A DNA stretch of 64,000 nucleotides from an uncultured Candidatus Saccharibacteria bacterium (GTDB lineage Bacteria; Patescibacteriota; Minisyncoccia; Phycocordibacterales; UBA9973): positions 24,236 to 88,235 of the forward strand of contig CAZCXF010000002.1 of NCBI GenBank assembly GCA_964502615.1, read 5' to 3'. Position numbers and translations under genes: made by a program. Shown here one piece after another: positions 38,471 to 50,500 of the stretch. Within the stretch, counting starts at the first letter, position 1. Each line of letters opens with the position of its first letter. The notes under the pieces are model-generated. The model saw only the letters and a list, made by a program, of their open reading frames with translations. It made no database searches and was not told the origin of the DNA.

Positions 38471-39043
38471 ATGAAAAAAGTATTTTTGATACATGGTTAT
38501 GGGGGAGAACCAAATGGAGGATGGAGGCCTTGGTTGATGGGCAAACTTGCACGTGAAGAAGTATGGGCATGTGCTCTTGCAATGCCTATGATTGACGAAA
38601 AACCAATTAAAGATGAATGGGTCACTGAAATAACACGCTCAGTTGGTAAACCAGATGAAAATGTTTTTTTAGTTGGACATTCGCTTGGTGTCCCAGCTCT
38701 ATTAAATTATATAGAAAGCTTACCAATTGGATCTAGAATTGGAGGGGTTGTTTTAGTCTCAGGAATTATTCACCCAATTCCAGGGAAAGATAGATACATC
38801 CCTATAAATCACTTTTATGAAAAAGAGTTTAATTACGAACATACAAAAAAAATATGCAATAATTTTTTTGTAATTCATGGCGATAATGATACAGCTGTAC
38901 CTTTTGAACAAGCACAAGAACTTTCAAAAAATTTATCTTGCCAACTTATACCAATAAAAAATGGTGGACACCTAAACGGTTCTTCTGGTTGGTATGAACT
39001 ACCAGAAGCGTTAGAAGCTTTATTAAAAATGATAAAAGAATAA
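38471..39043 (+). CDS. Alpha/beta-hydrolase (RBBP9/YdeN-like serine hydrolase)
   Basis: Nucleophile elbow GHSLG, downstream HGDND and GGH; about 190 aa. Confidence 0.65.
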   Translation: MKKVFLIHGYGGEPNGGWRPWLMGKLAREEVWACALAMPMIDEKPIKDEWVTEITRSVGKPDENVFLVGHSLGVPALLNYIESLPIGSRIGGVVLVSGIIHPIPGKDRYIPINHFYEKEFNYEHTKKICNNFFVIHGDNDTAVPFEQAQELSKNLSCQLIPIKNGGHLNGSSGWYELPEALEALLKMIKE

Positions 39044-39627
39044 TGCATCACATTTATCACACACACGGTTTTATATTAGGCTCTCGTAATATAGGTGAGG
39101 CAAATAAAATGCTTACTATTTACACACGCGAAATGGGTTTGGTAAGGTGTGCAGTGCAAGGAATCAGACTCAACAAATCTAAACTCCGCTTTGCTCTGCA
39201 AGATTTTTCCTATGTAAAAGTTGATCTAGTTCGAGGTAGAGATCTTTGGCGTGTTACTTCTGCAAGTAATGTGAGTTCTTTTACTTACGCACGCTCTGAT
39301 AAGCAGTCACTTCTTTTGATCGCACGAATCAGTAAACTCATTGAGAGGCTTTGTGACGGGGAAGAGGCAAATGAAAAGATTTTCGATGATTTTATTCAAT
39401 CACTATATTTGATGGACGATGAAGAAATCCAACCTGAAAAAAGAGAGGCACTAGAGCTTCATTTAGTTTTGCGTATTATGAATACTTTGGGTTATGTGGG
39501 AGATTCAGAAGTGTTGAATGACTACCTAGAATTGCCATTTAATCAAGTAAAAATAGAAGACCTTCTGAAAGAGCGTAAATCCATAATTGCTCATATAAAT
39601 AAGGCTATGAACGAGAGCGGTCTTTAA
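39043..39627 (+). CDS. recO: DNA repair protein RecO (short form)
   Basis: N-terminal OB-fold region HGFILGSRNIGEANKMLTIYTREMGLVRCAVQGIRLNKSKL resembles the RecO N-terminus. Confidence 0.55.
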   Translation: MHHIYHTHGFILGSRNIGEANKMLTIYTREMGLVRCAVQGIRLNKSKLRFALQDFSYVKVDLVRGRDLWRVTSASNVSSFTYARSDKQSLLLIARISKLIERLCDGEEANEKIFDDFIQSLYLMDDEEIQPEKREALELHLVLRIMNTLGYVGDSEVLNDYLELPFNQVKIEDLLKERKSIIAHINKAMNESGL

Positions 39628-39632
39628 AATTA

Positions 39633-41561
39633 TTGTGGTATAATAAACCCAATATGGCAGAAAATGAATATAGAAGTCGAATAGAAGATATCAAGCGCAG
39701 GCTTTACGATCGCGAAGATAAAGTCACTAATCGCCCTCATGAGGGTACTCTACATCCAGTTCCTCATCCTGTTCCTGATAGTTGGCATACTGATGCGGGC
39801 AAAACTGAAGGTGTAAAGTCTATAACACACATGAAAAAACCTAAAACATCAATGTTTAAGAAATTTTTCTTTGTTGCGTTAGTTTTTTTCATTGGAGCGA
39901 TACTCTTTTCTCTCTATATGTTTATAAATGGAGGAGTATCAGTTTCAAATGAAAATATCGATATTAAAGTTTTAGGTAATGCTTTTACAAAAGGTGGAGA
40001 TGAATTACCACTTCAGATTGAAATTACCAATCGCAACAATGCAAATCTTGAACTTGCTAATCTAATAGTTGAATATCCACGTGGTGCAAGTGATAATCCA
40101 AATGATATGGTGAGACTTCCTCGTGAAAATATTGGAGTCATTAAAAAAGGCTCAAGTGTCACTATAAACAAAAAAGTCACCCTTTTCGGTGAAGAAAAAT
40201 CAATTCGTAATATTAAGGTAACTCTTGAATATCATCCTGAAGGCTCCAATGCAATTTTTGCAAAGGAAAAAGACTATCCAGTTTCTATAAGCTCTGCACC
40301 TCTCTCTCTTCTGATAGATGCACCAGATACAGCAACATCTGATCAGGTTGTATCGTTTAAGATTACTGCAACACTAAACACAAGCCTTCCAGAGGGGGCA
40401 ACAATGCTTCAAGTTACATACCCTAACAACTTTGCTTTTGAAAGTGCAGTGCCAAAACCATCTTTTGGTAATACGATTTGGAATCTTGATGGTCTAACGC
40501 AAACTAAACCTATATCTATAGAAATAAAAGGACGTCTCATTGGCCAAGATGGAGATGAACAAGTTTTCCACGTTTATGCAGGTACTACAAGTCCAAATGA
40601 CCAATCTGTTGTGAATGTCGTTTATAACTCACTTCTAAAGACAATTGCTATTACTAAACCATTCCTTGAGGCACGTATTCTTGTAGGAGGGCAAGATTTA
40701 CCTTCCTATACAGCTTCTGGTGGTGATCAAGTAGATGGTGAAATTGCTTGGTCAAACAATCTTCAAACTCGTATTACTGATGCTCAAATAATATTAGGGT
40801 TCTCTGGAAATGTTTTTGATAAGAGCGAAGTAAATCCACTTGAAGGTTTTTATGATTCAGCAAATAATCAAATAATTTGGGATAAAAATACTATTCCAGA
40901 GCTTGCTTCTGTCGAACCGGGAGCAAATGGGGTAGTAGGTTTTAATTTTAAACCCCTATCTTTGGTTGGTGCTCGTACGATTATAAAAGAACCGCAAGTT
41001 GTTCTACAGGTGAGTATTCGTGGCAAACAACCTTCTGAAGGTTCTACGCTTAGTAATGTAAATGACTTTACAAAAAAGATTGTAAAGCTAACTTCAGATT
41101 TACAGATTGCATCATCTGCAGCGTCTCTCTCAGGTCCTATACCACCTAAAGCTGAAAATGAAACTCGTTATAACGTTACTTGGACGCTTTCTAATTCATC
41201 TAATACTGTAAATCAAGCACAGGCTCGTTCGGCATTACCAATATATATAAAATGGGTTGGTGCAGTTGGTGATGGCAAAGAGAAAGTTTCGTACAATGAG
41301 ACAACTCATGAGGTGCTCTGGGATATAGGTACAGTGAGACCTAATACTGGTACAGATTCAAGCAGGGAAGTAACATTTACTTTGTCTCTTTCTCCTTCGA
41401 GTTCTCAAGTTGGAAGCGTGCCACAACTCATGAAAGATGTATATCTTTCTGGTACTGACGCGTTTACGAATACTACAGTTAAGAGTAAACGTGGACCGAT
41501 TACGACACTTCTTAGAGATGACCCAAACTTTAAACCTGGGCAAGAACGTGTTATACAATAG
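39633..41561 (+). CDS. Large membrane-anchored surface protein (N-terminal cytoplasmic His/Pro-rich segment, one TM, ~540-aa beta-rich ectodomain), hypothetical
   Basis: TM helix FFFVALVFFIGAILFSLYMFI. No recognisable catalytic motifs. Confidence 0.5.
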   Translation: MWYNKPNMAENEYRSRIEDIKRRLYDREDKVTNRPHEGTLHPVPHPVPDSWHTDAGKTEGVKSITHMKKPKTSMFKKFFFVALVFFIGAILFSLYMFINGGVSVSNENIDIKVLGNAFTKGGDELPLQIEITNRNNANLELANLIVEYPRGASDNPNDMVRLPRENIGVIKKGSSVTINKKVTLFGEEKSIRNIKVTLEYHPEGSNAIFAKEKDYPVSISSAPLSLLIDAPDTATSDQVVSFKITATLNTSLPEGATMLQVTYPNNFAFESAVPKPSFGNTIWNLDGLTQTKPISIEIKGRLIGQDGDEQVFHVYAGTTSPNDQSVVNVVYNSLLKTIAITKPFLEARILVGGQDLPSYTASGGDQVDGEIAWSNNLQTRITDAQIILGFSGNVFDKSEVNPLEGFYDSANNQIIWDKNTIPELASVEPGANGVVGFNFKPLSLVGARTIIKEPQVVLQVSIRGKQPSEGSTLSNVNDFTKKIVKLTSDLQIASSAASLSGPIPPKAENETRYNVTWTLSNSSNTVNQAQARSALPIYIKWVGAVGDGKEKVSYNETTHEVLWDIGTVRPNTGTDSSREVTFTLSLSPSSSQVGSVPQLMKDVYLSGTDAFTNTTVKSKRGPITTLLRDDPNFKPGQERVIQ

Positions 41562-41564
41562 TAT

Positions 41565-42863
41565 ATGGATAAACAAGAAAACAATTTAATGGAAAAGATT
41601 GCCTCACTTGCTAAGCGCAGGGGCTTTATATACCAAGGCTCTGAAATCTATGGTGGTCTTGGAGGTACTTGGGATTATGGCCCATTAGGGGTTGCTCTCA
41701 AGAACAATATTAAAGATGCATGGCGTAAGAAATTTGTTTCATCTCGTACAGATATGTATGAAGTAGATGCTGCAATTTTAATGAATTCAAAAGTTTGGGA
41801 AGCTAGTGGGCACGTAGCAGGATTCTCTGATCCACTTGTTGAATGTAGTAAGTGCCATCACCGTTTTCGTGCTGATCAGCTAGAAGATAAAAATAAATGC
41901 CCTGATTGTAATGGGCCTCTTGGAGAGTCTAGACAATTCAATATGATGTTTAAAACTCAAATTGGTGCTATGGAAGATTCATCAGCGACAGTATATCTTC
42001 GTCCGGAAACTGCTCAAGGAGTGTTTGTAAACTTTAAAAATGTTGTTGATTCATTCCACCCTAAACTTCCTTTTGGAATTGCACAAATAGGTAAAGCATT
42101 CCGAAACGAAATAACACCTCGGGATTTTATTTTCCGAGTACGTGAATTTGAACAGATGGAAATTGAATACTTTATTAGACCGGAAGATTGGGAAAAATAT
42201 TTTATCTATTTCAAAGATGTTGTTACAGAGTTTGTTGAAGATCTTGGGCTTGATATGAATCTAGTTCACGAGATAGAAATAGGGGATGGAGATCGAGCAC
42301 ATTACTCAAAGCGCACAATCGATTTTGAGTTTGAGTACCCATTTGGTCAAAAAGAATTATTTGGACTTGCTTACAGGGGAAGTTTTGATTTGGATAATCA
42401 CAAACTTGAATATATTGATGAAGAAATGAAAGAAAAAATAGTTCCACACGTTATTGAGCCATCTATGGGTGTTGACCGTATGCTACTTGCCCTACTTCTG
42501 TCAGCATACAAAGAAGATGAGCAAAATAATGAGACTCGTAGCTACTTAGCATTCAAGCCAAATGTTGCCCCAGTTATTTGTGCAGTTTCACCACTTTTGA
42601 AAAATAAACCAGAATTAATTGACCAAGCTCGTATTGTATATGGTATGCTCAAGGCAGAATTTGGTAGAGTAATGTGGGATGATAATGGCAATATTGGTAA
42701 GCGTTATAGGAGACAAGATGAAATAGGTACTCCATGGTGTATAGTTATAGATTTTGATACTTTGACTGATGATTGCGTTACGATTCGGGATCGAGACACA
42801 GGTGCACAGGAAAGAATCAAAAAAAGTGAAATTATTGATTATATAAAAGAAAAGTTAAGTTAA
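41565..42863 (+). CDS. glyQS: Glycyl-tRNA synthetase (alpha2 dimeric type)
   Basis: Class II motifs and a C-terminal anticodon-binding domain. A Zn-ribbon-like CxxC...CxxC insertion (ECSKCHH...CPDCNG) is present. Confidence 0.85.
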   Translation: MDKQENNLMEKIASLAKRRGFIYQGSEIYGGLGGTWDYGPLGVALKNNIKDAWRKKFVSSRTDMYEVDAAILMNSKVWEASGHVAGFSDPLVECSKCHHRFRADQLEDKNKCPDCNGPLGESRQFNMMFKTQIGAMEDSSATVYLRPETAQGVFVNFKNVVDSFHPKLPFGIAQIGKAFRNEITPRDFIFRVREFEQMEIEYFIRPEDWEKYFIYFKDVVTEFVEDLGLDMNLVHEIEIGDGDRAHYSKRTIDFEFEYPFGQKELFGLAYRGSFDLDNHKLEYIDEEMKEKIVPHVIEPSMGVDRMLLALLLSAYKEDEQNNETRSYLAFKPNVAPVICAVSPLLKNKPELIDQARIVYGMLKAEFGRVMWDDNGNIGKRYRRQDEIGTPWCIVIDFDTLTDDCVTIRDRDTGAQERIKKSEIIDYIKEKLS

Positions 42864-42864
42864 T

Positions 42865-44136
42865 ATGCAAAAACCAAATAAGAAGATATTTAAAAATGGC
42901 CTAAGGGTTGTAACTATTCCAATGAAAGATAACCCTACTGTCACAGTTCTTGTGCTGGTTGGTACAGGGAGTGATTATGAGGAAAAGAGTATAAACGGCA
43001 TATCGCATTTTTTAGAGCATATGTGTTTTAAGGGAACCACTAAGCGGCCAACTGCTCAGTCGATATCTCATGAACTTGATTCATTGGGTGCTCAATACAA
43101 TGCTTTTACTGATCACGAAATGACTGGCTACTACGCAAAAAGTGATTCTAAAAATTTTAAAAAGATTTTTGATATAGTTTCTGATATTTATTTAAACTCA
43201 ACTTTTCCAGAATCTGAAATTGAAAAAGAAAAAGGGGTCATTGTAGAAGAAATAAATATGTATGAAGATATGCCAAATAGACATGTCCAGGATCTATTTA
43301 GTGAAGTACTATACGGCGACCAGCCTTCAGGAAGAAATATTGCAGGTACGAAAGAAAATGTTAAAAAGATGACTCGTAATGATTTTGTGAAATACAAAAA
43401 ATCTCATTATGTTGCAGAGAGTACTGTTATAGTTGTAGCTGGGAGCGTAAACAAAGAAGATGTACATAAAGAAGTTGCCAAACATTTTGGCGATATACAT
43501 ACAGGTAAAAAAATTGGAAAGAAGAAAACAAAAGATTCACAAACGAAACCAAATACAATTATAAAATACAAAGATACAGATCAGACTCACTTTGTTCTTG
43601 GAGTTAGATCTTTCTCTGTTTTCGATAAAAGAAATGCTGCGCTATCAGTTTTATCTGGTGTTCTTGGAGCAGGAATGAGTTCCAGGCTTTTTATAAAGCT
43701 TCGCGAAGAGATGGGAGTTGCATATTACGTAAGATCTTTTAATGACCCGTCGCTTGACCATGGTAATTTTCAAATATCTGCAGGAGTGAACAATTCTCGT
43801 ACAGTTGAAGTTTTACAGGCAATACTAAAAGAGTGTGCAAGACTTACTAAAGAAGAGGTAAGTGAAAGAGAATTATCAAAAGTTAAATCAATGCTAATAG
43901 GTAATATGAAACTATCGCTCGAAGCTACAGATGATATTGCTAGTTTTTATGGTTCACAAGAGCTTCTAAAAAAGGAATTAAAAACTTTGGATGAAAAAAT
44001 AAAGGCAATCAATAAAGTTACTTCAAAAGATATCATAAAAATTGCACAATACATATTTAAAACCTCAAAATTAAACCTAGCTATAATTGGCCCATTTAAA
44101 GATAAAGCTCAATTTACTAAGATCTTAAAATTCTAG
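42865..44136 (+). CDS. M16-family zinc peptidase (insulinase-like)
   Basis: Inverted zinc motif HFLEHM (HxxEH) and a downstream E. Confidence 0.8.
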   Translation: MQKPNKKIFKNGLRVVTIPMKDNPTVTVLVLVGTGSDYEEKSINGISHFLEHMCFKGTTKRPTAQSISHELDSLGAQYNAFTDHEMTGYYAKSDSKNFKKIFDIVSDIYLNSTFPESEIEKEKGVIVEEINMYEDMPNRHVQDLFSEVLYGDQPSGRNIAGTKENVKKMTRNDFVKYKKSHYVAESTVIVVAGSVNKEDVHKEVAKHFGDIHTGKKIGKKKTKDSQTKPNTIIKYKDTDQTHFVLGVRSFSVFDKRNAALSVLSGVLGAGMSSRLFIKLREEMGVAYYVRSFNDPSLDHGNFQISAGVNNSRTVEVLQAILKECARLTKEEVSERELSKVKSMLIGNMKLSLEATDDIASFYGSQELLKKELKTLDEKIKAINKVTSKDIIKIAQYIFKTSKLNLAIIGPFKDKAQFTKILKF

Positions 44137-44168
44137 TAACCAGAAGAGCCCTGTGTTATTATAGGTAT

Positions 44169-45233
44169 ATGTCAGATAGCCCTCAAAAAACTACTATAGA
44201 TATTTCAACAAGTACCCTAGTTAGAGTAGCTCTTTTAGGAGTGCTTATTTTCGCTCTAGTAAAATTAATAGATGTTGTCCTTATAATACTAACTTCTATT
44301 GTTATTGCTTCGTTTATTGGAGCTGCATCTCACAAACTTAAACGCTATGCAGGCAATAGAACTTTTGCTGTATTCCTTATTTATATTTTAACAATTGGAA
44401 TATTTGTTGGCCTTGCTTATGTATTTGTGCCTGTATTTATCCAAGAAATGTCACTCCTAGTTACATCACTTGGCCACTATGTTCCTAATAATAGTATATT
44501 GAATACTTTCCAGACTGATACAATATCCGGAGCAAAGAGTGTTGTAAGCACTATTTCTCACAACGGGTCTCTAGCTGAGATTATAAAAAATACGCAAAAC
44601 TTAGTATCTAGTCTATCTGGTGGATTTTTTGATATATTTGGCCAAGCATTCGGTGGTATGTTAAACCTTGGTTTGATATTAATTATATCTTTCTATTTCT
44701 CTATTCAAGAAAAAGGTATTGAAGGTTTTCTTAGAATCGTTACTCCTGATAGTAAGGAAGAATATGTTATTGATCTTTGGAGACGTACTGAGAGAAAAAT
44801 TGGATTATGGATTCAAGGTCAGATGTTGCTTGGTTTGATAATCGGAGTATTGGCGTATCTTGGTCTTACAATATTGGGAGTAAAATATTCATTTATACTT
44901 GCAATTGCTACTGCATTTTCTGAACTTATACCATTTGGACTTTTCTTGGTTGTTATTCCAGCCATGGTTTTTGCTTATCTAAATGGCAGTATTACTGTTG
45001 CATTCCTAACACTATTCTTGTATTTCATACTTCATCAATTTGAAAATTACCTTATATATCCTCTTATAGTAAAAAAAGTCATAGGAATCTCACCACTCGT
45101 AGTAATACTAGCAATATTGATAGGGGGGACACTTGCAGGATTCTGGGGTGTTATACTTGCGATACCATGTGCTGTTTGTTTACTTGAATTTCTAAATGAT
45201 CTAGAAAAGAAAAAAGTAGCTCGCAATCTATAA
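44169..45233 (+). CDS. AI-2E family transporter (UPF0118/PerM)
   Basis: 8-TM topology with a characteristic central hydrophilic loop. Confidence 0.6.
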   Translation: MSDSPQKTTIDISTSTLVRVALLGVLIFALVKLIDVVLIILTSIVIASFIGAASHKLKRYAGNRTFAVFLIYILTIGIFVGLAYVFVPVFIQEMSLLVTSLGHYVPNNSILNTFQTDTISGAKSVVSTISHNGSLAEIIKNTQNLVSSLSGGFFDIFGQAFGGMLNLGLILIISFYFSIQEKGIEGFLRIVTPDSKEEYVIDLWRRTERKIGLWIQGQMLLGLIIGVLAYLGLTILGVKYSFILAIATAFSELIPFGLFLVVIPAMVFAYLNGSITVAFLTLFLYFILHQFENYLIYPLIVKKVIGISPLVVILAILIGGTLAGFWGVILAIPCAVCLLEFLNDLEKKKVARNL

Positions 45234-45237
45234 ATTT

Positions 45238-46680
45238 ATGAGTAAGAATTTTTACATAACGACTACACTACCATACGTAAATGCACCTCTTCATATGGGT
45301 CACGCCTTGGAGTTTGTACGTGCTGATACTATTGCACGGTATAAGAAACTCATAGGATTTGATGTGTTTTTTAATACCGGGACTGACGAGCACGGTATAA
45401 AAATTTACGAAAAAGCTAAAGAAAAAGGTCTTGATGTAGAAACATTTGTTGATCAAGGATTTGAAACTTTTAAAGAGAGCTTAAAAATATTTGGAGTGAG
45501 TAGTGATATTCATTTTATTCGTACTACAGATAAAAATCACGAAAAATCTGCGCAAGAATTCTGGAAACGTGTAAAAGATAACGGTTATATTTATAAAAAA
45601 ATATATCAAGCTAAATATTGTGTTGGTTGTGAGAGTGAAAAAACAGATTCAGAATTAAACGAAAAAGGGGAATGTCCAGATCACCCGGGTATTCCACTTG
45701 AGATAATTGAAGAGGAGAACTATTTTTTCAAGTATAGTGAATTTGGAGATAAGTTATTGAAATTTTACGAAGAAAACCCAAGTTTTGTAGTGCCGGATTT
45801 TCGTTTTAATGAAATAAAAAACTTTGTAAAAAATGGCCTTCAAGATTTTTCTATTTCGCGTCTTAAAACAAAAATGCCATGGGGTATAGAAGTACCAGAT
45901 GACCCTCTACACGTTATGTATGTTTGGTTTGATGCTCTTACAAACTACATAAATACTTTAGGTTGGCCAGATGAAAGTGGAGATTTTAAAAAGTATTGGG
46001 TAGAAGGCACTCCAACCCAATATTGCGGTAAGGACAATACTCGCTTCCAGTCTGCTATGTGGCAGGCGATGCTTATGGCCGCTAATGTTCCAAATTCACA
46101 CCAAATAATAGTGAACGGCTTTATTACAGCTGATGGTGGACTTAAAATGTCTAAAACCCTTGGTAATGTTGTTGATCCAAAAGATATTGCAAATGAGTAT
46201 GGTATTGATGCATTACGGTATTTCTTACTCCGAGAAGTTTCTTCTTTTGAAGATAGCCCTTTTACTGCTGAACGTTTTAAAGAAGCATATAATTCAGGAC
46301 TTGCGAATGGGATTGGCAACTTATCTAGTCGAATACTTACATTGTCTGAAAAATATTTAGAAAAATGTCCAGAAATACCAGATAACTCTATTCCGCAGGA
46401 GTTTTTTGATATTCTAGAAACTTTCGATATAAAAAAAGCAACCGATTATGTTTGGAATAAAATAGAAACTCTTGATAAATTTATTCAAGAAACAGAACCG
46501 TTTAAAGTTATTAAGGTGGATGTTGAAAAAGGTAAAGAACTAATAACAAAAATGGTTTTAGATTTATATACAATCGCTCGCATGCTAAACCCAATAATGC
46601 CAGAAACAAACGAGAAGCTTAAAAAACTTATAAAAGAAAATAAAAAACCTGAAGCTCCATTATTTGCAAGAAAAGATTAA
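45238..46680 (+). CDS. metG: Methionyl-tRNA synthetase (short form, lacks C-terminal tRNA-binding appendix)
   Basis: HIGH-type motif (HMGHALE), a Cys-containing knuckle (CVGCES...CPDH) and KMSKS-type motif (KMSKTLGN). Confidence 0.85.
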   Translation: MSKNFYITTTLPYVNAPLHMGHALEFVRADTIARYKKLIGFDVFFNTGTDEHGIKIYEKAKEKGLDVETFVDQGFETFKESLKIFGVSSDIHFIRTTDKNHEKSAQEFWKRVKDNGYIYKKIYQAKYCVGCESEKTDSELNEKGECPDHPGIPLEIIEEENYFFKYSEFGDKLLKFYEENPSFVVPDFRFNEIKNFVKNGLQDFSISRLKTKMPWGIEVPDDPLHVMYVWFDALTNYINTLGWPDESGDFKKYWVEGTPTQYCGKDNTRFQSAMWQAMLMAANVPNSHQIIVNGFITADGGLKMSKTLGNVVDPKDIANEYGIDALRYFLLREVSSFEDSPFTAERFKEAYNSGLANGIGNLSSRILTLSEKYLEKCPEIPDNSIPQEFFDILETFDIKKATDYVWNKIETLDKFIQETEPFKVIKVDVEKGKELITKMVLDLYTIARMLNPIMPETNEKLKKLIKENKKPEAPLFARKD

Positions 46681-47524
46681 GATGAATCCTAAATACATAG
46701 ACATCCACTCCCATGTTAACTTCAAAGCATTCGATGAAGATCGAGAGCAAGTTTTAAAACGTGCGTTAGATAACAATACTTGGGTTATAAATGTAGGGAC
46801 CCAGATAGATACATCAAAAAAAGCTGTTGAACTTGCGCATAAGTATCCTGAAGGTGTGTATGCGATCATTGGGCTTCATCCTATCCATACTGGAGCATCA
46901 TTTCACGACGAGAAAGAGCTAGGAGAAGGTGGAGCAGAATTTACTTCACGTGGTGAAGTTTTTGATAAAGAGAAGTATTTAGAATTACTTCGAGATCCAA
47001 AAGTTGTTGGAGTAGGCGAGTGTGGGCTCGATTATTTTAGATGCGATACAGAGTCAATTGAAAAACAAAAAAAAGCTTTTATTGAGCAAATTGAAATAGC
47101 AAATGAAGTTGGAAAACCTTTAATGCTTCATATTCGTAATAATCCTGAGAATAAAGAATTAAATGCATATTCTGATGCATTAGAAATTCTAAAGCAACAT
47201 GCAAAAGTAAAAGGGGATGTACATTTTTTTGCAGGAAGTTTAGAGGATGCAAAAGGCTTTGTGGATTTTGGCTTTACTCTCTCTTTTACTGGAGTAATTA
47301 CGTTTGCGAAAAATTATGACGAGGTTATCAGGAATACTCCTCTTGATATGATAATGTCTGAAACCGACGCTCCGTATGTATCTCCTGTGCCATATAGAGG
47401 TAAAAGAAATGAACCAATCTATGTGAGTGAGGTTGTAAAACGCATTTCAGAGATCAAAAACATACCTCTTGATACTGTCTCAGAAGCACTCATCGCTAAC
47501 GCAAAGCGAGTTTGGAAAATATAG
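46664..47524 (+). CDS. tatD: TatD-family metal-dependent deoxyribonuclease
   Basis: N-terminal DIHSH motif, GECGLDY and TDAPY motifs. Confidence 0.8.
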   Translation: MQEKIKMNPKYIDIHSHVNFKAFDEDREQVLKRALDNNTWVINVGTQIDTSKKAVELAHKYPEGVYAIIGLHPIHTGASFHDEKELGEGGAEFTSRGEVFDKEKYLELLRDPKVVGVGECGLDYFRCDTESIEKQKKAFIEQIEIANEVGKPLMLHIRNNPENKELNAYSDALEILKQHAKVKGDVHFFAGSLEDAKGFVDFGFTLSFTGVITFAKNYDEVIRNTPLDMIMSETDAPYVSPVPYRGKRNEPIYVSEVVKRISEIKNIPLDTVSEALIANAKRVWKI

Positions 47525-47589
47525 TTAGTTTATCAACATTTTTCGGTAAAAAACGATACAATTGTATCGTTTTTTAGGTTATAATATGG

Positions 47590-50500
47590 TTGTATATTGG
47601 GCTTTTTGCATCCAGTTATTTCATGATAAACAAGAAATTTAAAAAAATTATTTCAAGCATTTACTCAAAGATTATATTATCTATTTTCCTTGTTATTTTT
47701 GTGTCTCCACATACTGTTTTAGCTGCAAACCCACTTTCTAATTTTGGTCACTCTCTTTGGGATGTATACAACAATTATATTGTCCAACCTCTAAGTAAAG
47801 GCGTTTCACTTTTCTTTATCGAATATCCAGTAAAAAGCGATCCTGTTTTTATTGTTCGTACCTCACCTCAACCAAAAAAGAATAATTCTGAGACAGAAAA
47901 AGTAAATTACATAAGCGGTGCAAATTCTGTTACATATATTACAAACAATTATCCAACGACTACTATTTACCAGAATACTTCAAGTGGTGGAGGAGGTGGT
48001 GGAAATGTTGATACATCGCTTTTTGTTGAAAAAAGTTTATACAATGGACAAATTTTAACCATTTTTGATCGAATAGGAAAAAGTATAAGTAATTTAGCGA
48101 CCACACTGAAGGAAAGTATTACCACAAGTACACTAAATATAACTGGTAATGCAACAATCGGAGGAAATCTGACCATTACTGGCAACATTATTGGAAACGT
48201 AGTTGGAACTATCAATCCATCTTTTACCCTAGGTTCTGTTCCATTTCAAGGAGCAACTGGACTTTCGCAAGATAACTCAAATTTCTTTTGGGACGTTACA
48301 AATCATAGGCTTGGAATTGGAACGAATACTCCAACAACTGCGCTTGATGTGGTAGGCAGTGGTAATATAAATGCTATAAACGGGCTCATTCAGTTAGGAG
48401 ATTTTACTGAAATGAGTGGTGCAACATGGTTTAAGATAGATGATGGTAGCACAACGATAAGAGCAAAAGCGGCAAGCGGAATTATATTTAATAATAATTT
48501 GTCAATTGGAAAAAATGCTGCTCCATCAGTAGCTTTAGATGTAGTAGGAGATATTTCGTCATTAACATCAAGTGGTACAGCGGGTATTAATACTCAAACA
48601 GATATTACTGATATAGGAGATTGGCAAAGCAATGGTAATGGAACCAAAGTTTCGGTTAATAATTCATCAAATAGGATTTCATTATCTTCAGCAGATGTAA
48701 GGGTAAGTAGCTTATCTGGCACAGGAACCCGTGCTGTTGTTGCGGATGCAAGCGGAATTCTTTCTACGTCAGGTTCTATACCCACAAGCCTCACACAAGG
48801 TTCAGTTGTCTTCGCTGGAAGTGGAGGTGTACTCTCACAAGATAACGCGAATGTTTATTTTGATGATACAGCAAATGAATTTCGTATAGGTTCAAATACG
48901 GATTTAGGTACATACTCTCTACAAGTTACGGGTGGTATTCGTGTGGACGGAACTGCAGCTAATGAAGTTCAATTTACTGGGAATAATTCTTTTAATCCTG
49001 GTTTTGTATTTAATGGATCAAGTAGTAATACTCATATGTACACTTTTGATTCTCAGAACCTTTCTACTAGTACTGGTGGGCAAACTGTATTTACAAATTC
49101 ATTTTTACAATTGAGTGGCACTTCATATATACAGCCATACCAACAAAATCTTAGAGTGATCAGAACTTATCCTGGAACTGGCACAGCTAATACTTTAGAG
49201 GTAGATAATACAACAGAAAATGCTGTACCAGGTACATACCGAATAGCATTATTTAAACTTTCAGGGGTGGATAAAGCTTTTATAGATCAAACAGGAGGTG
49301 CTTGGTTTAATGGCAACGTAGGTGTGGGTACGAGTGGTCCAAACTATAAATTAGAAGTTATTGGTACATTTCGTACTTCAGGCAACGCATTGTTTGGTAC
49401 AAACACATCTTCTGGAACAACAACGCCCGAAAATATCTCTCTTGGTGGTACGTACGGAAGTAACACTGCGGGAAATGTAGGAAATTTAAAAATTGATTTA
49501 TATAACGATGGGACTTCCAACAGATCTGGATTTGGTATTTCAGCAAACAAATTGGAATATCAAACACCAACAAGTACAGTACATGCTTTTTATGTCGGAG
49601 GTAATTTAATTCAAAGTATTGACGATAATTCAGTGCTCATAAAATCAGGATTATTTTCAACATCTACTTATGCTCAGAGAATCGGTAACTTGTTAACTCA
49701 AAATTATCAATCTAACAATACAACTATTGTTGATAATGCTTACTATAATGGTACCTCTTGGACTAGACTTGCAACTGGTTATGCATCCGGAATACAAATG
49801 TACAACGGTCATTTGATGATGGTTGCAGGTGCAACTGGTACTGGAACCTTTACCCCAACATATCCATTTAAAGCAAATTCTGCAGGTACAGTTGGTATCG
49901 GGGGAGATGGTGGAAACGTTGCGAATACGTTTACGGGCAACACATTGGTTGCCACTTCATCTGGAGTTGGAATTACTACAACTGTTTCAACTGGAACTGG
50001 TTCAACTGCTGGAGTACAAATACTTGCAAATAGTTTAACTACAGGTAATGGACTTGAAGTCAGTAGTTCGTCTGTAACTACAGGTAATCTTGTTTCGTTA
50101 TCTTCAACTTCAACATCTGCTGCAAGTAACACGCAAACAGTTTTAAATGTTTCGACAAGTGGTGCTAATCCTATAAACCAAACAACCTACGGTGGATATT
50201 TTAGTAATACTCACACAGGAACCAATTCTGTAAATACCGCTATTTATGCAACTGCTTCAGGTGGTTCTAGTAACTATGCGGCAAATTTTGGAGCAGCTCT
50301 TCTAATGAGTGCTACCACACCTTGTATTTCTTTCCAGCTAGGAACTTGTGCAAGTAGTGATAACTTTATCAATAGAAATGGAACAGTTGTAACAGTGCAA
50401 GGTTCAGGAGGGACAACACTTTCAGTCGGTGGAACTGCATATTTAGATGCTGTGACAAGTAAAGTCAGAATGTTTTCAGCAGGATCTGGTGAGGTTCAGA